A DNA stretch of 39,250 nt from Ministeria vibrans ATCC 50519 (GCA_943704425.1 CALSCP010001243.1:1-39250); one strand, 5' to 3'. Positions 24,032 through 36,012 are shown, counted from the first letter of the stretch. Numbers and translations: made by a program. Notes: generated by a model from the sequence alone, not told the origin.

Positions 24032-25126
24032 ATGAAGATCAAGCGCATCAAGCACGCAAGGCGGGTCGTCAACTTCTTTGTGCATCGTCTTGGCTTGCAC
24101 GAGCCCTATCCAGTTCTCGGTACGTCGCCCGCCTTCCGCTTGGCCTCCAGCCCAGCTGCACCACCCGTACCTGTCGTCTGTGAGCACTGACCGCTGCTAT
24201 TATGTTGTGGTAGTGGATGGCACGTTCTGCCAAATGACAGTCAAACTTCGATTCGACCTCGAAGCGACACTCTCCACCTATCTCGGAGGACGCGTCCGCC
24301 TCTACACCACTCCCTGTGTGGTTCGTGAGCTGAGAGCACTTGGTAGGCACCCAAAATCAACGAGACGTTTTTAAAACCGGTGAAAATATTTCTGCAGGTG
24401 AAGAATTCCGTGCGGCTCATGCTGTGGGCAAGAAGCTCGAACTGCGCTTCTGTACGCACAAGCGACTGGATGAGGGGGGCGAAGAGGTGACTGCGCGCGA
24501 CTGTGTGGTGCATCAGCTGGGCACGAGCAACCCCAATCGGCTGATGATTGCGTCGCAAGATGCAGCGTTGCGCGACACCGCTCGTGCCATTCCCAACGTC
24601 CCCATTTTGTTCTATATGAGCAATGCTTTGCGTATTGAAGAGCCCAGCGATGCTTCGTCGAAGCTGGCGGCGTCCGAATCGGCCGGTAAGTCTGGGGCAT
24701 AGCAGCAGAGAGTTGCTTGTTTCGCTAAGTTTGCACACCTCGACTTCCATTGTAGAAAAGGTGAGTGGAGTGAGTGCAATGGAGGCGAAGCGGATTCGGT
24801 CGGCTGTGGCAAGTCAGACGGGAACGACAGAGGAGGAGCGAGTACTGTTTACGAGCGAGAAGGAGGCGCTTGTGATGAAGGCACTAAAGGAGCGCATTGA
24901 GAAGATGCGGAAGAAACGAGCGCGCAGTGGGCCAAACCCACTGTCACAGCTGAAGGGCAAAGGAGTCAAGAAGACGAAGAGCAGTGCGGGGGCGGACGAG
25001 AAGCGTCGGGCGCGGGCCAATGTGAGTGCGGATGAGCTGTTGGAGCGCAGACTAAAGGCCAAAGAGCGCAAGAAGGAGCGCAAAGGGAAAGGGAAAGAGG
25101 GTGCCCTTGCCGAAAGCGACGATTGA
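24032..25126 (+). CDS. UTP23: rRNA-processing PIN-domain protein UTP23
   Basis: MKIKRIKHARR...EPYPVL/VDGTF...TTPCVVRELRALG...CTH...ASQD...PNVP, with basic C-terminus containing GPNPLS; four exons. Confidence 0.92.
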
Positions 25127-25218
25127 CTGACTACACGGCAGACGCTCTGTATTACTGTACAAGGGGGGCGCTCCTCGTGTGCTTCTCGTCATTTGTCTTT
25201 CTTGTATGCTCTGTAACC

Positions 25219-25715
25219 TACAATATCACATTGATTGCCTTTTTTCTTTCAACTCTCTTGCTGCCCTTACTAATATCTTTGTGCCAGTCTTCGGCCCGCT
25301 GCGTGATGAAGCAATTGATGCGGGTTTGCGTTTTGTTTCGTAGCTGTGCAGAGGGAAATACATACTCAGACGACCAAGTTCAAAGTGTGCCGTGCGCATA
25401 CCGTCAGGAGAAGCACTGTCTTGTCTACAATCTCCACTTTTACAATGTCGTGGTTTAATATCACGTCTTGAAGCACCCCTTTGACATTGGTGCCCTGCGA
25501 CGAAGTGAGGAGGACGTCACAAGGGACAATCAATTCGAATTCGCAAGTACCAAACCCAACTCGTAAAAACTCAGCTTATCGTCGTCGAGCTCAACCCAGC
25601 GCTTCTTTAGGCGCTTCAATGCTCTGGTCTGTTGGTACAATGGGCATGAGTGCGGAGGACGGATGGCGTGAGAGAGTACCTCTTTCTCAAGCGTGTCACT
25701 GCGAATAATATTCAT
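25219..25715 (-). CDS. Small PH-domain-like protein (3' end uncertain)
   Basis: Exons 25715-25680, 25628-~25551, 25494-25402, 25343-... give MNIIRSDTLEKE/TRALKRLKKRWVELDDDKLSFYELGL/GTNVKGVLQDVILNHDIVKVEIVDKTVLLLT/LRNKTQTRINCFITQRAEDWHKDI. KKRW-x-L-x4-L-x-FY and a terminal-helix Trp are typical of PH domains. Confidence 0.7.
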
Positions 25716-25946
25716 TTTCAAATGTCACAAAAAAGAGGTCCTTTTCCTTTGTGCAACAAATTGCACGATTCGACAAAAGAAAGACAGAGAACTGAGAGAA
25801 GTGAGAACACGAAAGGAAAAGAAACAAAAGTAAAAATTAAAAAATATAATTATAATTATATTTTTTACAAATAACAATAGGGGGAGTCACGGCAGTCAGC
25901 ACGTCACCATCTATATTAGTATTAATTTTGTATAATATGATACAGG

Positions 25947-27188
25947 TCATACAGTCGGCTCATCTTTTACACGAAAGCGCCACAGCTGGTCGTCGAGCAA
26001 AAGGCGCTCGGTCAAGGACCAGCCGGACTCGATGGCGCAGGCGCAAAAGCGGTCAAACGAAAGGGACGCATCGGAAGGGGCAGAAAGAGTCAACAGCACG
26101 GCAGTGTAGTAGGCGTGAAGAATATCGCGCGGGCAGGCGAGAGCATGGAGAGAAACGTCGATGGGAGCGTGTGGGGTGGGATCAGTCGGATGGACGACGA
26201 CAAAGGTGTCGCTGGGATGAGGAGGTCGGCTGGAAGACGCATTGCTGAGAGCGACACCAAGTCGAATGCGTGCCGGGTAGGGCGGTGTGAACACATAGAA
26301 GACCGTCTCCTGTTGGCGCACTTCTTCGGGTGTGAGTACGGTGGCACCACGGGACTGGACAAAAGCGCGGATGGCAAGGAAGGCGCGTTGACGGTTGAAG
26401 GTGCTCATGCGTACGCACCGCACACAGCGGTAATTAAAAAAGATGTGAAGTACAAGAAAGACGCTCACAAATGTCCAGACAGCGAAAAACGAGTCGGCAA
26501 ACATGGGCAAGATGTAGAAACTCGCGAGCATCGCCGCAAGGTTGACAAGCGTCTCTTGCGACCCGTCTTTGGCACTCACATCCCCCAGATTGTCGGCGCG
26601 CGCCTGATGCTGTGTCATGGACGCACGCGTCGCCGCTCCCGCCACACCCACAACGGCTCGACACACGTTAGAGGTGCACAATATGGCAGTGGTGAGATAC
26701 AACGGAAAGAGGGGTGCCAGCAGCTCGAGAAGGAGCGCACAGTCGTTGAGGAGGTCTGCAACAAGACGCATGCGCTTGCACTCCTCGTCGAGACGATGCC
26801 CCTTGAAGTAGGCAAAGACAATGCCCGACACCATGCCGCTCATGTTGCGCAAGAAGACCACCAGCGCCGCGGCAGTTGCCGTTGCCGTTGCTTCGCCAAC
26901 CCCAAGCGACCGGAAGGTGGCGTGCACCGCAAAGGCACCCACAAGGCTGCTGGAGAACGCCTGAAGGGTATCAAAGGTCTGGTACTCCAGGTAGTCGTCG
27001 CTGACGGATGCTGGGTAGCCCACGGGTAAGAACACGTCGCGCACCAGCGCCACAACCGAACTAGGCGCCGCAGAGCCGTATCCCGGACGAAACGACTCAA
27101 TCCGCCCGCTACCCTTGCAACCCGCCTCCTCTCCAGGCTGTTTCCGGCGTGCAGGAGACCGTGATCGCGACCCTCGTCGACGTTTCAT
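25947..27188 (-). CDS. RUSF1: RUS1/DUF647 family protein (RUSF1/C16orf58-like)
   Basis: FLPVGYPASVSDDYLEYQ, RLVADLLND, GAATRASMTQHQA..DNLGDVSAKDGSQETLVNL; single exon. Confidence 0.92.
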   Translation of the reverse strand: MKRRRGSRSRSPARRKQPGEEAGCKGSGRIESFRPGYGSAAPSSVVALVRDVFLPVGYPASVSDDYLEYQTFDTLQAFSSSLVGAFAVHATFRSLGVGEATATATAAALVVFLRNMSGMVSGIVFAYFKGHRLDEECKRMRLVADLLNDCALLLELLAPLFPLYLTTAILCTSNVCRAVVGVAGAATRASMTQHQARADNLGDVSAKDGSQETLVNLAAMLASFYILPMFADSFFAVWTFVSVFLVLHIFFNYRCVRCVRMSTFNRQRAFLAIRAFVQSRGATVLTPEEVRQQETVFYVFTPPYPARIRLGVALSNASSSRPPHPSDTFVVVHPTDPTPHAPIDVSLHALACPRDILHAYYTAVLLTLSAPSDASLSFDRFCACAIESGWSLTERLLLDDQLWRFRVKDEPTV

Positions 27189-27479
27189 CCCCACAAACAA
27201 ACAAATCAAAAAATTATATAATAATAATAATAATTATTATTAGAATTATTATTAGAATTATATATATAATTCGACTCATTGGAGTGTGCAGTCGTCAGAC
27301 GAATAGTTTACGTTCAATGAACGCTCAATGACGAACACAAATCACAAATTACCCTCCTTAGTCCCCTCAGTCATTTGATCTTTCTGAACACTGAGTCTCA
27401 CGGAGTCTCACTGGCTCAGTGAGTGAGCACATAAAAAAGAGTTGATTTGTACATGTACATGGCCACACTCCCTTGGGCA

Positions 27480-28309
27480 TCACCTCCCTTCGGCCGGCAC
27501 CCGAGCCCCATCAATCCGTAAGGTGTATGTGACAGCTGCCTTGCCTTTGCCCAGCGACGTCTTCTTCGTGCTCGTCCCCACCGCAATGGCCGCCTCCTGT
27601 CCATCAACGACAAACCGCTGCTCCGTCCCCTCCTCTGCAAACTCAGACTCACTCTCAACGCGCTCTCCGTCCACATACACATCCAAACTACTCTTATCAA
27701 ACACAACACAGCGCTTCTTGCCCCCAAACACGGCGTTGAACGCACAAGTCGTGTCTGCAACACTCTGTACAAAACGAATCAAGTTCAATTCCAGTTCAAT
27801 ATTAATGTGTCGCGCGCATGAGTCACGATGCCTGTCCACATTACCTCATGGTGCCTCTTCAACGCTTTTCCATTCACACTCAGCGTGTATGCATACGAGT
27901 CGCCAGGCAACGCTTTGATATCCACTCTACGCATATCACAATGCCCCTTAGTTCCACTTTCGTCTGTTTTAACGCGCCATAGTCAGCTGTCCGTATAACT
28001 GTGTCATGTGAGCATTGAGCAGTGAGTAGGCCCTCGGCTACTAGCCCCTAGCCAGTAGAAATATCATACCGAAATTTGTCGCCTTTGTACTCGACCTCCT
28101 CCGTTCCGCTCAGCTTAAACATCCAATCTAAAGGACAGATCTGCATTAGAATGCCGTGCCGAGCAATGAGCACAGCGTATTTGACGGATACCTTTGCGAC
28201 GCAACTCGTTGCCATCGATACGAAAAATGCGTTTCCCAGTCGTCGTCCCATGTACAAATTCCACTTTACGTGATCCACTTTTGACAGTGACATCCCATGT
28301 AAGGCTCAT
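27480..28309 (-). CDS. FAIM: Fas apoptotic inhibitory molecule homolog
   Basis: WDV...VEFVHGTTTGKR...DGNE..RK/DWMFKL.G.E, YAYTLSVNGK, DVYVDG...EFAEEGTE; four exons with GT-AG introns. Confidence 0.9.
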
Positions 28310-29596
28310 CGAGCGACAAAGAAAAGACTTAATCACTGATGATTTGAAACATTTTCATTGGGATGATTCAAAGAAGATTCAAAACGGTACAACATGAGAT
28401 GATGAACGCTCTGTCGTCTGTAGCCTGTTCAGAGTCTCCAGGCGACGGAGCCCAGACACAGACAGTGAGACACTGCTGCGAGTGGAAAGCGCGAGCAAGG
28501 CAGCGTGTGGTGACTGTTTCTCGAATGGTTCTCCTTCTTTGATCTGGCAACTCAAGTCTCAATTTCGTCCCAATCCCAAATTCCGATCTGAGCTCCCACC
28601 AACAACGCGCGTTCACCAATCACTTATCACTCATCAGTGGCATCACCACATCATTCTCGGGGACCCGATTAACAAGCAAACTGGTGATTTTCTCCCCCAC
28701 CCCCAAACTCCACAAAGATTCAAAATCCCAACATTTGCGCACAGCGACTGTGTTTTTAACTTTTATTCAGTATTCTATTCAGTCCTTTCAAACTCCCTTC
28801 TCCTCCTCCTTCCTCCTCCCTCCCCTCACCCGGTTTCCTCTTCTCTCGTACTGCTCTTCCGTCCTGCTCATCCTCCCCGCCCCCCTCGTCCCAATCTCAA
28901 CTCTATCGGTAATCAACTTACAGTTCAAAAAAAANNNNNNNNNNAAAAAAAAAAAAAAAAAAAAAAAAAAAACACACAAAGATCGTTTGAACACACTCAC
29001 TGGAGTGCCGATCTAAGCATCCGGCGTGTGCAGTGGGCTCGTTGCGGGCAGTGGGCGGGTGGACAGCGGCGGGGCAGCGCTGCAGGCCTCGCAGCGGCGT
29101 CCACTCGTCGGCGTGTGTTGCATGCACGCCGTGCGCTGTGTTTGCGACACCCACGCGCACGCCCCGCCGCCCCGCTGCCCTCGTGCAGTGTGCAGCCACC
29201 CGTGCCATCCCGCCACCCGCACCCGCTGCCGCCCCCGCCCCCCAGATCTCGCCGAACTTCACAATGTCAACACTGGACGATTTGCGATATAAAAAACTCT
29301 CTTCCGTCACCCCAAAATACACACTCATCCAGCCCCTCCCGCCGCGTCTATCTGTCTTGCATCCCCAATGTGCGCGATCCACATCCGCCCTGCCCGACCC
29401 AGCGCACCAATCGCCCCCACTCGCGTCCGTCTCGCAAACGATCTAACGGACTGTCCCGTTTTCCAATAAAGAAACACACACATGTTTCCACGTCATGTCT
29501 TTGACACACGCCCTCCCTCCGACGCGTCAACGCACGCCCTCACCCACCCACCCCAACCCTAACCCCAACCCTCCCCTCTGTTCTCCAGCCAACCAT

Positions 29597-30514
29597 ATGT
29601 CCTACTTCCTCCACCCCCACGCCAACTTCGGCAAGCTCAAGACGCGCGAAGACCCCCAGCACATCCACAAGACGCTGGGCATCCTGAGCCTGCTCAGCTT
29701 CTTCTATCGCTACGGCGTTGTCTACCCTCGCGATGGCAACCTCGGCTTTGAGGGATCCGCCCTCGACTGGGCCACCATGGCTGTGCACACGACCCTTGCC
29801 TTCAGCTCCATTCTCTTTCGCGTGCCAAGGAAACGCATTGACGAGAAGCCCATGGTCATCTACGAGGAGTACCGCCAGCACGCCATGGTCTTCACCTTCC
29901 GCTGCTTCTCCGTCTTTGCCGTCAGCACCCTCTGGCCTGCCCCGGCTCGCCCCGCCTATGTCATGCCCCTCGTGGTCATGGCTCACCATCTACTCGTCGA
30001 CCGCATCACCTCCATTCACGGTAGCGGCAACACGGCGGTGCGTGCCACGTCGGAGAAGCTCAAGGTGTCGTCCTTTTACAAGCGCGTCTCCCTGCTCTAC
30101 TCTTTCTACCAGTTTCTCGCCATCGCCTCGCACATTATGCCCAACGAGCGTCTTGCCGACCTCGGTTACAACACCATCATTGCCATTCAGTCGTCCGCCT
30201 TCATGATGACCCTCTACCGCAAGAAGATTGTGCGCGGTCGCACTCACATGGCCGTCTATGCTTTCTGCCTTATCCTCTCCGCTTTCCACATCTGCCGTCT
30301 TCTCGGCGCTCAGGCCGTCCTTCTCGTCGCCTTCACCTTCGCCGCCCGTGTCAACCTGCCCCGCGCCTACGGCAACAAGTACCTCGTCTGGGGTCTCTTC
30401 CTTCTCTTGCCCACCGTCCTCTCCCGCCTCACCACCCAATCTTTCTCCTCCCCCTCTCTCTTCTCCCTCTTCTCCTCCTCCTCTCCCCTTCCCCACTCCA
30501 TCGACACAATCTAA
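29597..30514 (+). CDS. Uncharacterised multi-pass membrane protein with His/Glu motifs
   Basis: Intronless ORF with strongly C-ending codons and several hydrophobic helices; motifs EDPQHIHKTLG, EEYRQH, IQSSAFMMTLYRK. A short upstream exon cannot be excluded. Confidence 0.8.
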   Translation: MSYFLHPHANFGKLKTREDPQHIHKTLGILSLLSFFYRYGVVYPRDGNLGFEGSALDWATMAVHTTLAFSSILFRVPRKRIDEKPMVIYEEYRQHAMVFTFRCFSVFAVSTLWPAPARPAYVMPLVVMAHHLLVDRITSIHGSGNTAVRATSEKLKVSSFYKRVSLLYSFYQFLAIASHIMPNERLADLGYNTIIAIQSSAFMMTLYRKKIVRGRTHMAVYAFCLILSAFHICRLLGAQAVLLVAFTFAARVNLPRAYGNKYLVWGLFLLLPTVLSRLTTQSFSSPSLFSLFSSSSPLPHSIDTI

Positions 30515-30660
30515 TCTATTTTCTTCCATTTCCTATTTCTGAGCACAATACAACGTTTTATCATGTAAAGAAAAAAGAAAGTCAATGATTTGAATCAAAT
30601 CAGTCCGTACCATATAAGTTTGATGTCAATAATGAATAATCATTCTTTTTCTTTGTGCGT

Positions 30661-33180
30661 ATGCTTGTGTTCCTCATCCTCACCGCGCTTCTGTCCTCCA
30701 GCCACTCTCTACAGTGCCCCTCGATCCCCCCAGGTCACGAACGAGTGCCTTGCCTCACTTGGTGGAATTGGGATCTCACTGAACAACAGGTATAGAAAAT
30801 ACATAATGTAATATCAACACTGCAACTCCTTTTTCGCTTTCTCTGCTTTCGCAGTGCACCGAACGCGGCTGCTGCTGGGATCCCGCCCAGCCGTTGCTTC
30901 AACGATGCTTTTACACAGCAACGACCGCCGCACCCGTTGAGGATGTGTATGTCATCCAGGGGTGTCATTTGGACATTGGCTTCGTCAAGTCCGCCACCGA
31001 CATTGTCAATCTCTGGTTCCACCATCATTTCCCTCTGGCACACTCCGTGGGCAAAGCCCTCGCGGCGTCAGGCGGTGAATTTGATGCCCAGCTCAAGTTT
31101 ACGGCGCAGTCGTGGCTCGTGTCCATGTACGTGTCGTGTCCACCGGACTGGGAGGGCATTGTGTGTCCCAACGCAACGCAACTTGCCCAGTTCGAAGAGA
31201 GTGTGCGCAATGGCTGGATCACCTGGCACGCCTTCCCGTTCAATGGAGAGCCCGAACTTGCCGACGAGGATCTGCTTGACTACGCCATCGAGCTGACTCA
31301 CTCGCTCGACGACCGCTTCGGCTTACCGCGCAAGCAAGTCATGTCGCAGCGTGATGTGCCCGGCATGACGCGCGCCATTCTGCCCCTGCTTGCACGCCAC
31401 AACATCACCACCATTTCGGTCGGTGTCAACGGAGGCTCCACCCCACCCAATGTGCCCAAGGCGTTTCTCTGGCGCGACAGCCCGTCCAACACAACACTGC
31501 AGGCGCTGTACGTCCAGGGCGGCTATGGTGGGATCAACTTCTTCAACAAGGAGGGCCTCTACGTGCACACACGCATTCCGGGCTCAACCATTGCCGCCGT
31601 CGTCGACTGGCGCGGCGACAATGCCGGCCCGCCGCCGTCGCCCGACGATGTGCGCCACCACTTTGCCCAGTTGCGCCGCCAGTTTCCGTCTGCTCGCATC
31701 CGCGCCTCCACCTTCGACGACTTTGCCCGTACCCTTCGCAACCACCACGCTGCCCTCCCCACTCTCACCGCCGAAATAGGTATGTGCTCTCTTCACATTT
31801 CTTCCACTCCCTCGCTCGTGCTGATGGCCATGGATAGGTGACACGTGGATCTACGGCGTCAGCAGTGACCCGGTGAAGCAGGCGCAGCTGCGTCGCATTG
31901 GGTCCCTGCGGCAGGCGTGTGTGCGCGGTGGAGCCTGTGTGCCGTCCGATGCGCGTGTCGAGCACTTCTCGCGGCTGTTCCTTAAGGGCAACGAGCACAC
32001 GTGGGGCCTCGACGACAAGACTTTTGTGCGTCCGCCAGCTCTGCACGCCAACTGGAGCAACGTCGAATTCGAAGTAGAGCGCACCCGCAATCCCGGTTAT
32101 GCCGCGCTGGAGGCGTCGTGGGTGCGCCAGCGACGCTGGGCTGTGGCAGACGCAGTGGACGCGCTGGGGGACCATCCACTGGCGGGCGACATTGAGCGTG
32201 TGCTTGCCGACATGCGCTCTGTCCACGTCCCTTCGACCGCCAACTACACACGCGTGCACTCCGTCGAGGGCACTCGCTTCCGCTGCGGCCAGCTCGAAGT
32301 GGGCTTTAGTAGTGCATCGGGTGCTCTTGTGCATGTCAAGGATCTCACGACGGGTCTTGTATGGGCCGACGGCGGCACCAGCTCTCTCTTTGGCGGAAAT
32401 TCGACGCTGGGCGCACCGCTCTACCGCACCTACTCGGGCGACGACTACGTTGATTTTACGCTGCGCTACTCGTACTTGGGGCCTCTGGGCCGAGTCGACG
32501 ACGGCGATGATTTTGAAAAGATTGGCATTGACAAGTACGGTGCAACACGACGCTCGCTGGGCACACAGCTGCGTACCCTGTGGACCCGCGAAACAGCACA
32601 CAACACTAGCGAGTTTCTTGTCGAGCAGCAGTTTGTCGACGGAGAAAGTGTTCATCGCGATGTGGGAGCTCCTGCGTCGCTGTGGCTGCGCGTGAGTGTG
32701 GGTCACTCGGCGGCGCGCTCCGTCAACATGACGCTGCTGCTCTTCAACAAGACGGCGACACGACTGCCCGAGACGACCATGCTGCACTTCCGCCCGTCTC
32801 TGCCCAACACTGTCGTGCATGTGAACAAACTCAACAGCGCATGGATCGACCCACTTGACGTCATGACGGGCGGCAGTGCCCATCTGCACGCGACTGGCCC
32901 GCTTGGCGTTCGCTTCACCCACCCTGGCACAAGCGATCATGACCCGTCGTCGTCTCTTACTATCTCGTCGCCCGACATTGCGCTGGTCTCTCTCGGCGCA
33001 CCCTCTCCTTTCCCCACTCCGACATCCCAGCTCCCCGACATCCCTCGCTTCGGCGTCTCCTTTGTCGTTCACAACAACCTCTGGAACACTAACTACCCTA
33101 CGTGGTTTCCCTTTGGCGATCCTCTCTCCCCCGAATACGACACAAACCTCAAGTTTGATTTTACCCTCTCCTTTACCTGA
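30661..33180 (+). CDS. Secreted trefoil (P-type) domain + DUF5054/GH38-like glycoside hydrolase
   Basis: Exons 30661-30789, 30855-31779, 31838-33180. Signal peptide MLVFLILTALL; trefoil C...RVPC...TEQQ/CTERGCCWD...CFY; HLDIGF, WHAFPFN, DVPGMT, EIGDTWIYG, EHTWGLD, NNLWNTNY. Confidence 0.85.
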
Positions 33181-33191
33181 CCCCCACAGGT

Positions 33192-33224
<33 letters not shown>

Positions 33225-33394
33225 TTGAAGACACCCCCCAGACGGAAACAATCACAATCCCGGTTTGTAATGTATAGTACAGGTATCAAAAAAAAAAAAA
33301 AAAAAAAAGGGGGNNNNNNNNNNNNNNNNNNNNNNNNNNNNNNNNNNNNNNNNNNNNAAAAAAAAAAAAAAAAAAAAAAAGGGGGGAAGGAAGG

Positions 33395-34410
33395 TTACAA
33401 GACTCCCTTTGTGGAAGGCACCGACTGTGTGCCGTCGCGCGTGAGAGCGTGTCGCAGGGCCAGCGCAACCGACTTGAACGCACTCTCAGCCTTGTGATGG
33501 TCGTTTTTGCCCTACGAGCAATGGATGAAACAGAGATGTCACATGTATAAAAAGCAAGAGAGGTCACCCATCGACAGGGAGTGAGGTTATAGATTGAAGA
33601 GGAAACACAAAAAATAATAATAATAATGCGTCATGGAGGGGCAAGTGGTTGAAGAATCATTGTCAAAGGCACTTTTGGCGCAATGAGGATCATGGAGTGT
33701 CTCGCACACCTTGAGTACGTCGACGTGGAGCGTAATCATGGCACTGGTGGCAAACGATTCGAGAAAGTGCGGAATCATTTCGCAGCTCAACTGGCCAATC
33801 TTTTCGCGCACTAACATCAGATTAATGTCGGCGGAAGGACGTCCCGAAATGTCGACCACAGTGCGTGAGAGAGCCTCGTCCAACGGCGCAAATGCAGAAC
33901 CAAAGCGGTTTATGCCGCGCGGACTCCCGAGCGCTTCCTGCGAGAGAGTGAGCGAGAGAGAGTAAGCGAGAGAGAGTGAGCGAGAGAGCATAAAGGGTGC
34001 AGTGGCGGACGACACGCCGTGGTCACTCACTCACTCACGCGCTCACTCACCTTGAAGGCTGTGCCAAGAGCTATCCCGCAGTCCTCGACAGTGTGGTGGT
34101 CGTCAATGTGAAGGTCGCCTAGACACGGCAGGAAAGTGAGCGAGAGGAAAATGATGATGACAAGCGCTTGACGCGTGCCTTTGCATTGCAGCGTAAGGTT
34201 CCATCGGCTGTGCTTCGTCAGTGCATCCAGCATGTGGTCGAGAAAGCCAACGCCCGTTGACACGTCGGATGTTCCGCTGTGGCGCACAGTGGGCAGTGAG
34301 CGGTGCAATGCGCTGAACTTCATTTGCACGTACTTTCCGTCCAAGTTCAACGTCACTGAGATATCCGTCTCTTTGGTTTTTCGTGTTACGGTGGCCACGC
34401 GCGACTCCAT
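33395..34410 (-). CDS. HIS3: Imidazoleglycerol-phosphate dehydratase
   Basis: [55 protein letters not shown]; five exons. Confidence 0.96.
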
Positions 34411-34624
34411 TTTCGTCGAAGAAGGAAGAAGATGAATAATAAAATAAACATAAACAATTAACAGAATTCACCAGATTACAACAAAAGCGCAAGTGCAATC
34501 GTTATCCACTCTGAGTGTTGACATAAAGGACAGTAGTCAGTACTCACAGAAATGAGTGAGTAATCACAGTATTCAGTGTATAATGTATAAAATGAGGTAA
34601 TCGCAATGATACGCCATTAAAAAA

Positions 34625-34975
34625 AAATCGAGCTGTACTCAATGTCAAAACCAAGGACGATATACAAAACAAAGAGCAGCACAATACTTCCAATTTATAA
34701 AGTCTCTGTCAACTGTAAAACCAAGCAAGGACAATTGTATTGTCGTTCATATTCCCAAGTTGTCGAGGTGGCAAAAAGTGAAACTATTAGTAGGAAAATA
34801 AGTAGAAGAAGAAGAAGTACAACCCATTTATTAATGATACAGTCACCACGCGAAGACACAGCCTGACCGCCTTGCAAACTCAACAAATAAATAGAAGAAG
34901 AAGAATACAACCCATTTATTAAGGAAAATAAATAGAGAATCGAGAGCTGTACTCAATGTCAAAACAAGACAACTT
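34625..34975. repeat. AT-rich locally duplicated non-coding segments
   Basis: gagctgtactcaatgtcaaaac at ~34630 and ~34944; tagaagaagaa...tacaacccatttattaa at ~34803 and ~34892. Confidence 0.75.
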
Positions 34976-35080
34976 AGATTGTAAATAAATTTCGCATACC
35001 TAAAAACAAAAGAAATAAGATAATCAAAACTAGTCTCATCCACCTAGTCCTATTTGAATCGGTTTATTTGATATCAAGAT

Positions 35081-35789
35081 TTAGATAGGGGAGTCTGTTC
35101 CAGCGGTGACAGCGCTGATCGCAAGAATATGGCACGTCATGTCATTGGTATTCTCACTAACGCGCGCGATGTCGCCGACGCTGATGGCAGACATGGTGTC
35201 TGTGCCAACGTTGCCCGTAACCTGGCACGCACTCGTAGTTCCGTCCGCAGCAACGGAGATGATATCGTCACCGTAATGGTCCTCAGCAGTCAGCGTGATT
35301 GATTGATCGGACTTGGCATACATATCAATTCGACAGTACGACTCTTCGCTTGACATGGACTTGCATGTCAGCGACGAGTAGGCACTGGATGTGTGCAACA
35401 ACGGGGTGGTGTTGGCAGGGGACGGCACGTTGCTGCCTCCCGACAGCCCGTAGCAGTACATCTATTTGAAGAAGAAGAATACAACATAGTGTAATTAGAA
35501 GAAGATTACGATGAAAGCACAAAATTAAGAGTAAAATACATAGCAAATAGAAAGAGGAGAATCAAGAACTGTCAAAACAATAATAAGAAACCTTTTTTCA
35601 CCGTTCGAGATCAGAAACAGAAAAAGTATTGTCCAAAATTAATAGTGTTTGGCTGTGAGAAAACACTCATTAGTGATTAGGCAGTACCTCAACGCGACAT
35701 CGCTGAAAGAGAGCAGTCGGAAAGGCCACCTGGTCCGCGAGACCGGGGGCGCAAAGCGCAGCGACAAAGAGAGCGATAACAAAACGCAT
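35081..35789 (-). CDS. Small secreted Cys-containing protein, copy 1 (~160 aa)
   Basis: Exon 35789-35688 (MRFVIALFVAALCAPGLADQVAFPTALFQRCRVE) splices in phase 0 to exon 35461-35081. The paralogous copy conserves both exons. Confidence 0.8.
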
Positions 35790-35977
35790 GCTGAGAAAGA
35801 AGAAGGTGTTATGTTATTTCTATTATGTATGTTCAGTTCAAAGGCAATGGCGATGAAGGGTGTCGATGCGACTGTGGTCACAGTAGTGCAGTCTGTCGGG
35901 TAGACTGCCATGCCAGACGAGCAGCTCCGTCGGCGTGTTCCCTTTCCGTTGACAACCCATTGAGAACATTGAGGCAA

Positions 35978-36012
<35 letters not shown>

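Noticed and set aside
29551-29575. ccccaaccctaaccccaaccct, and ccctaaccct at 37461
   Set aside because: Only one perfect telomeric unit in C-rich context; compatible with chance.
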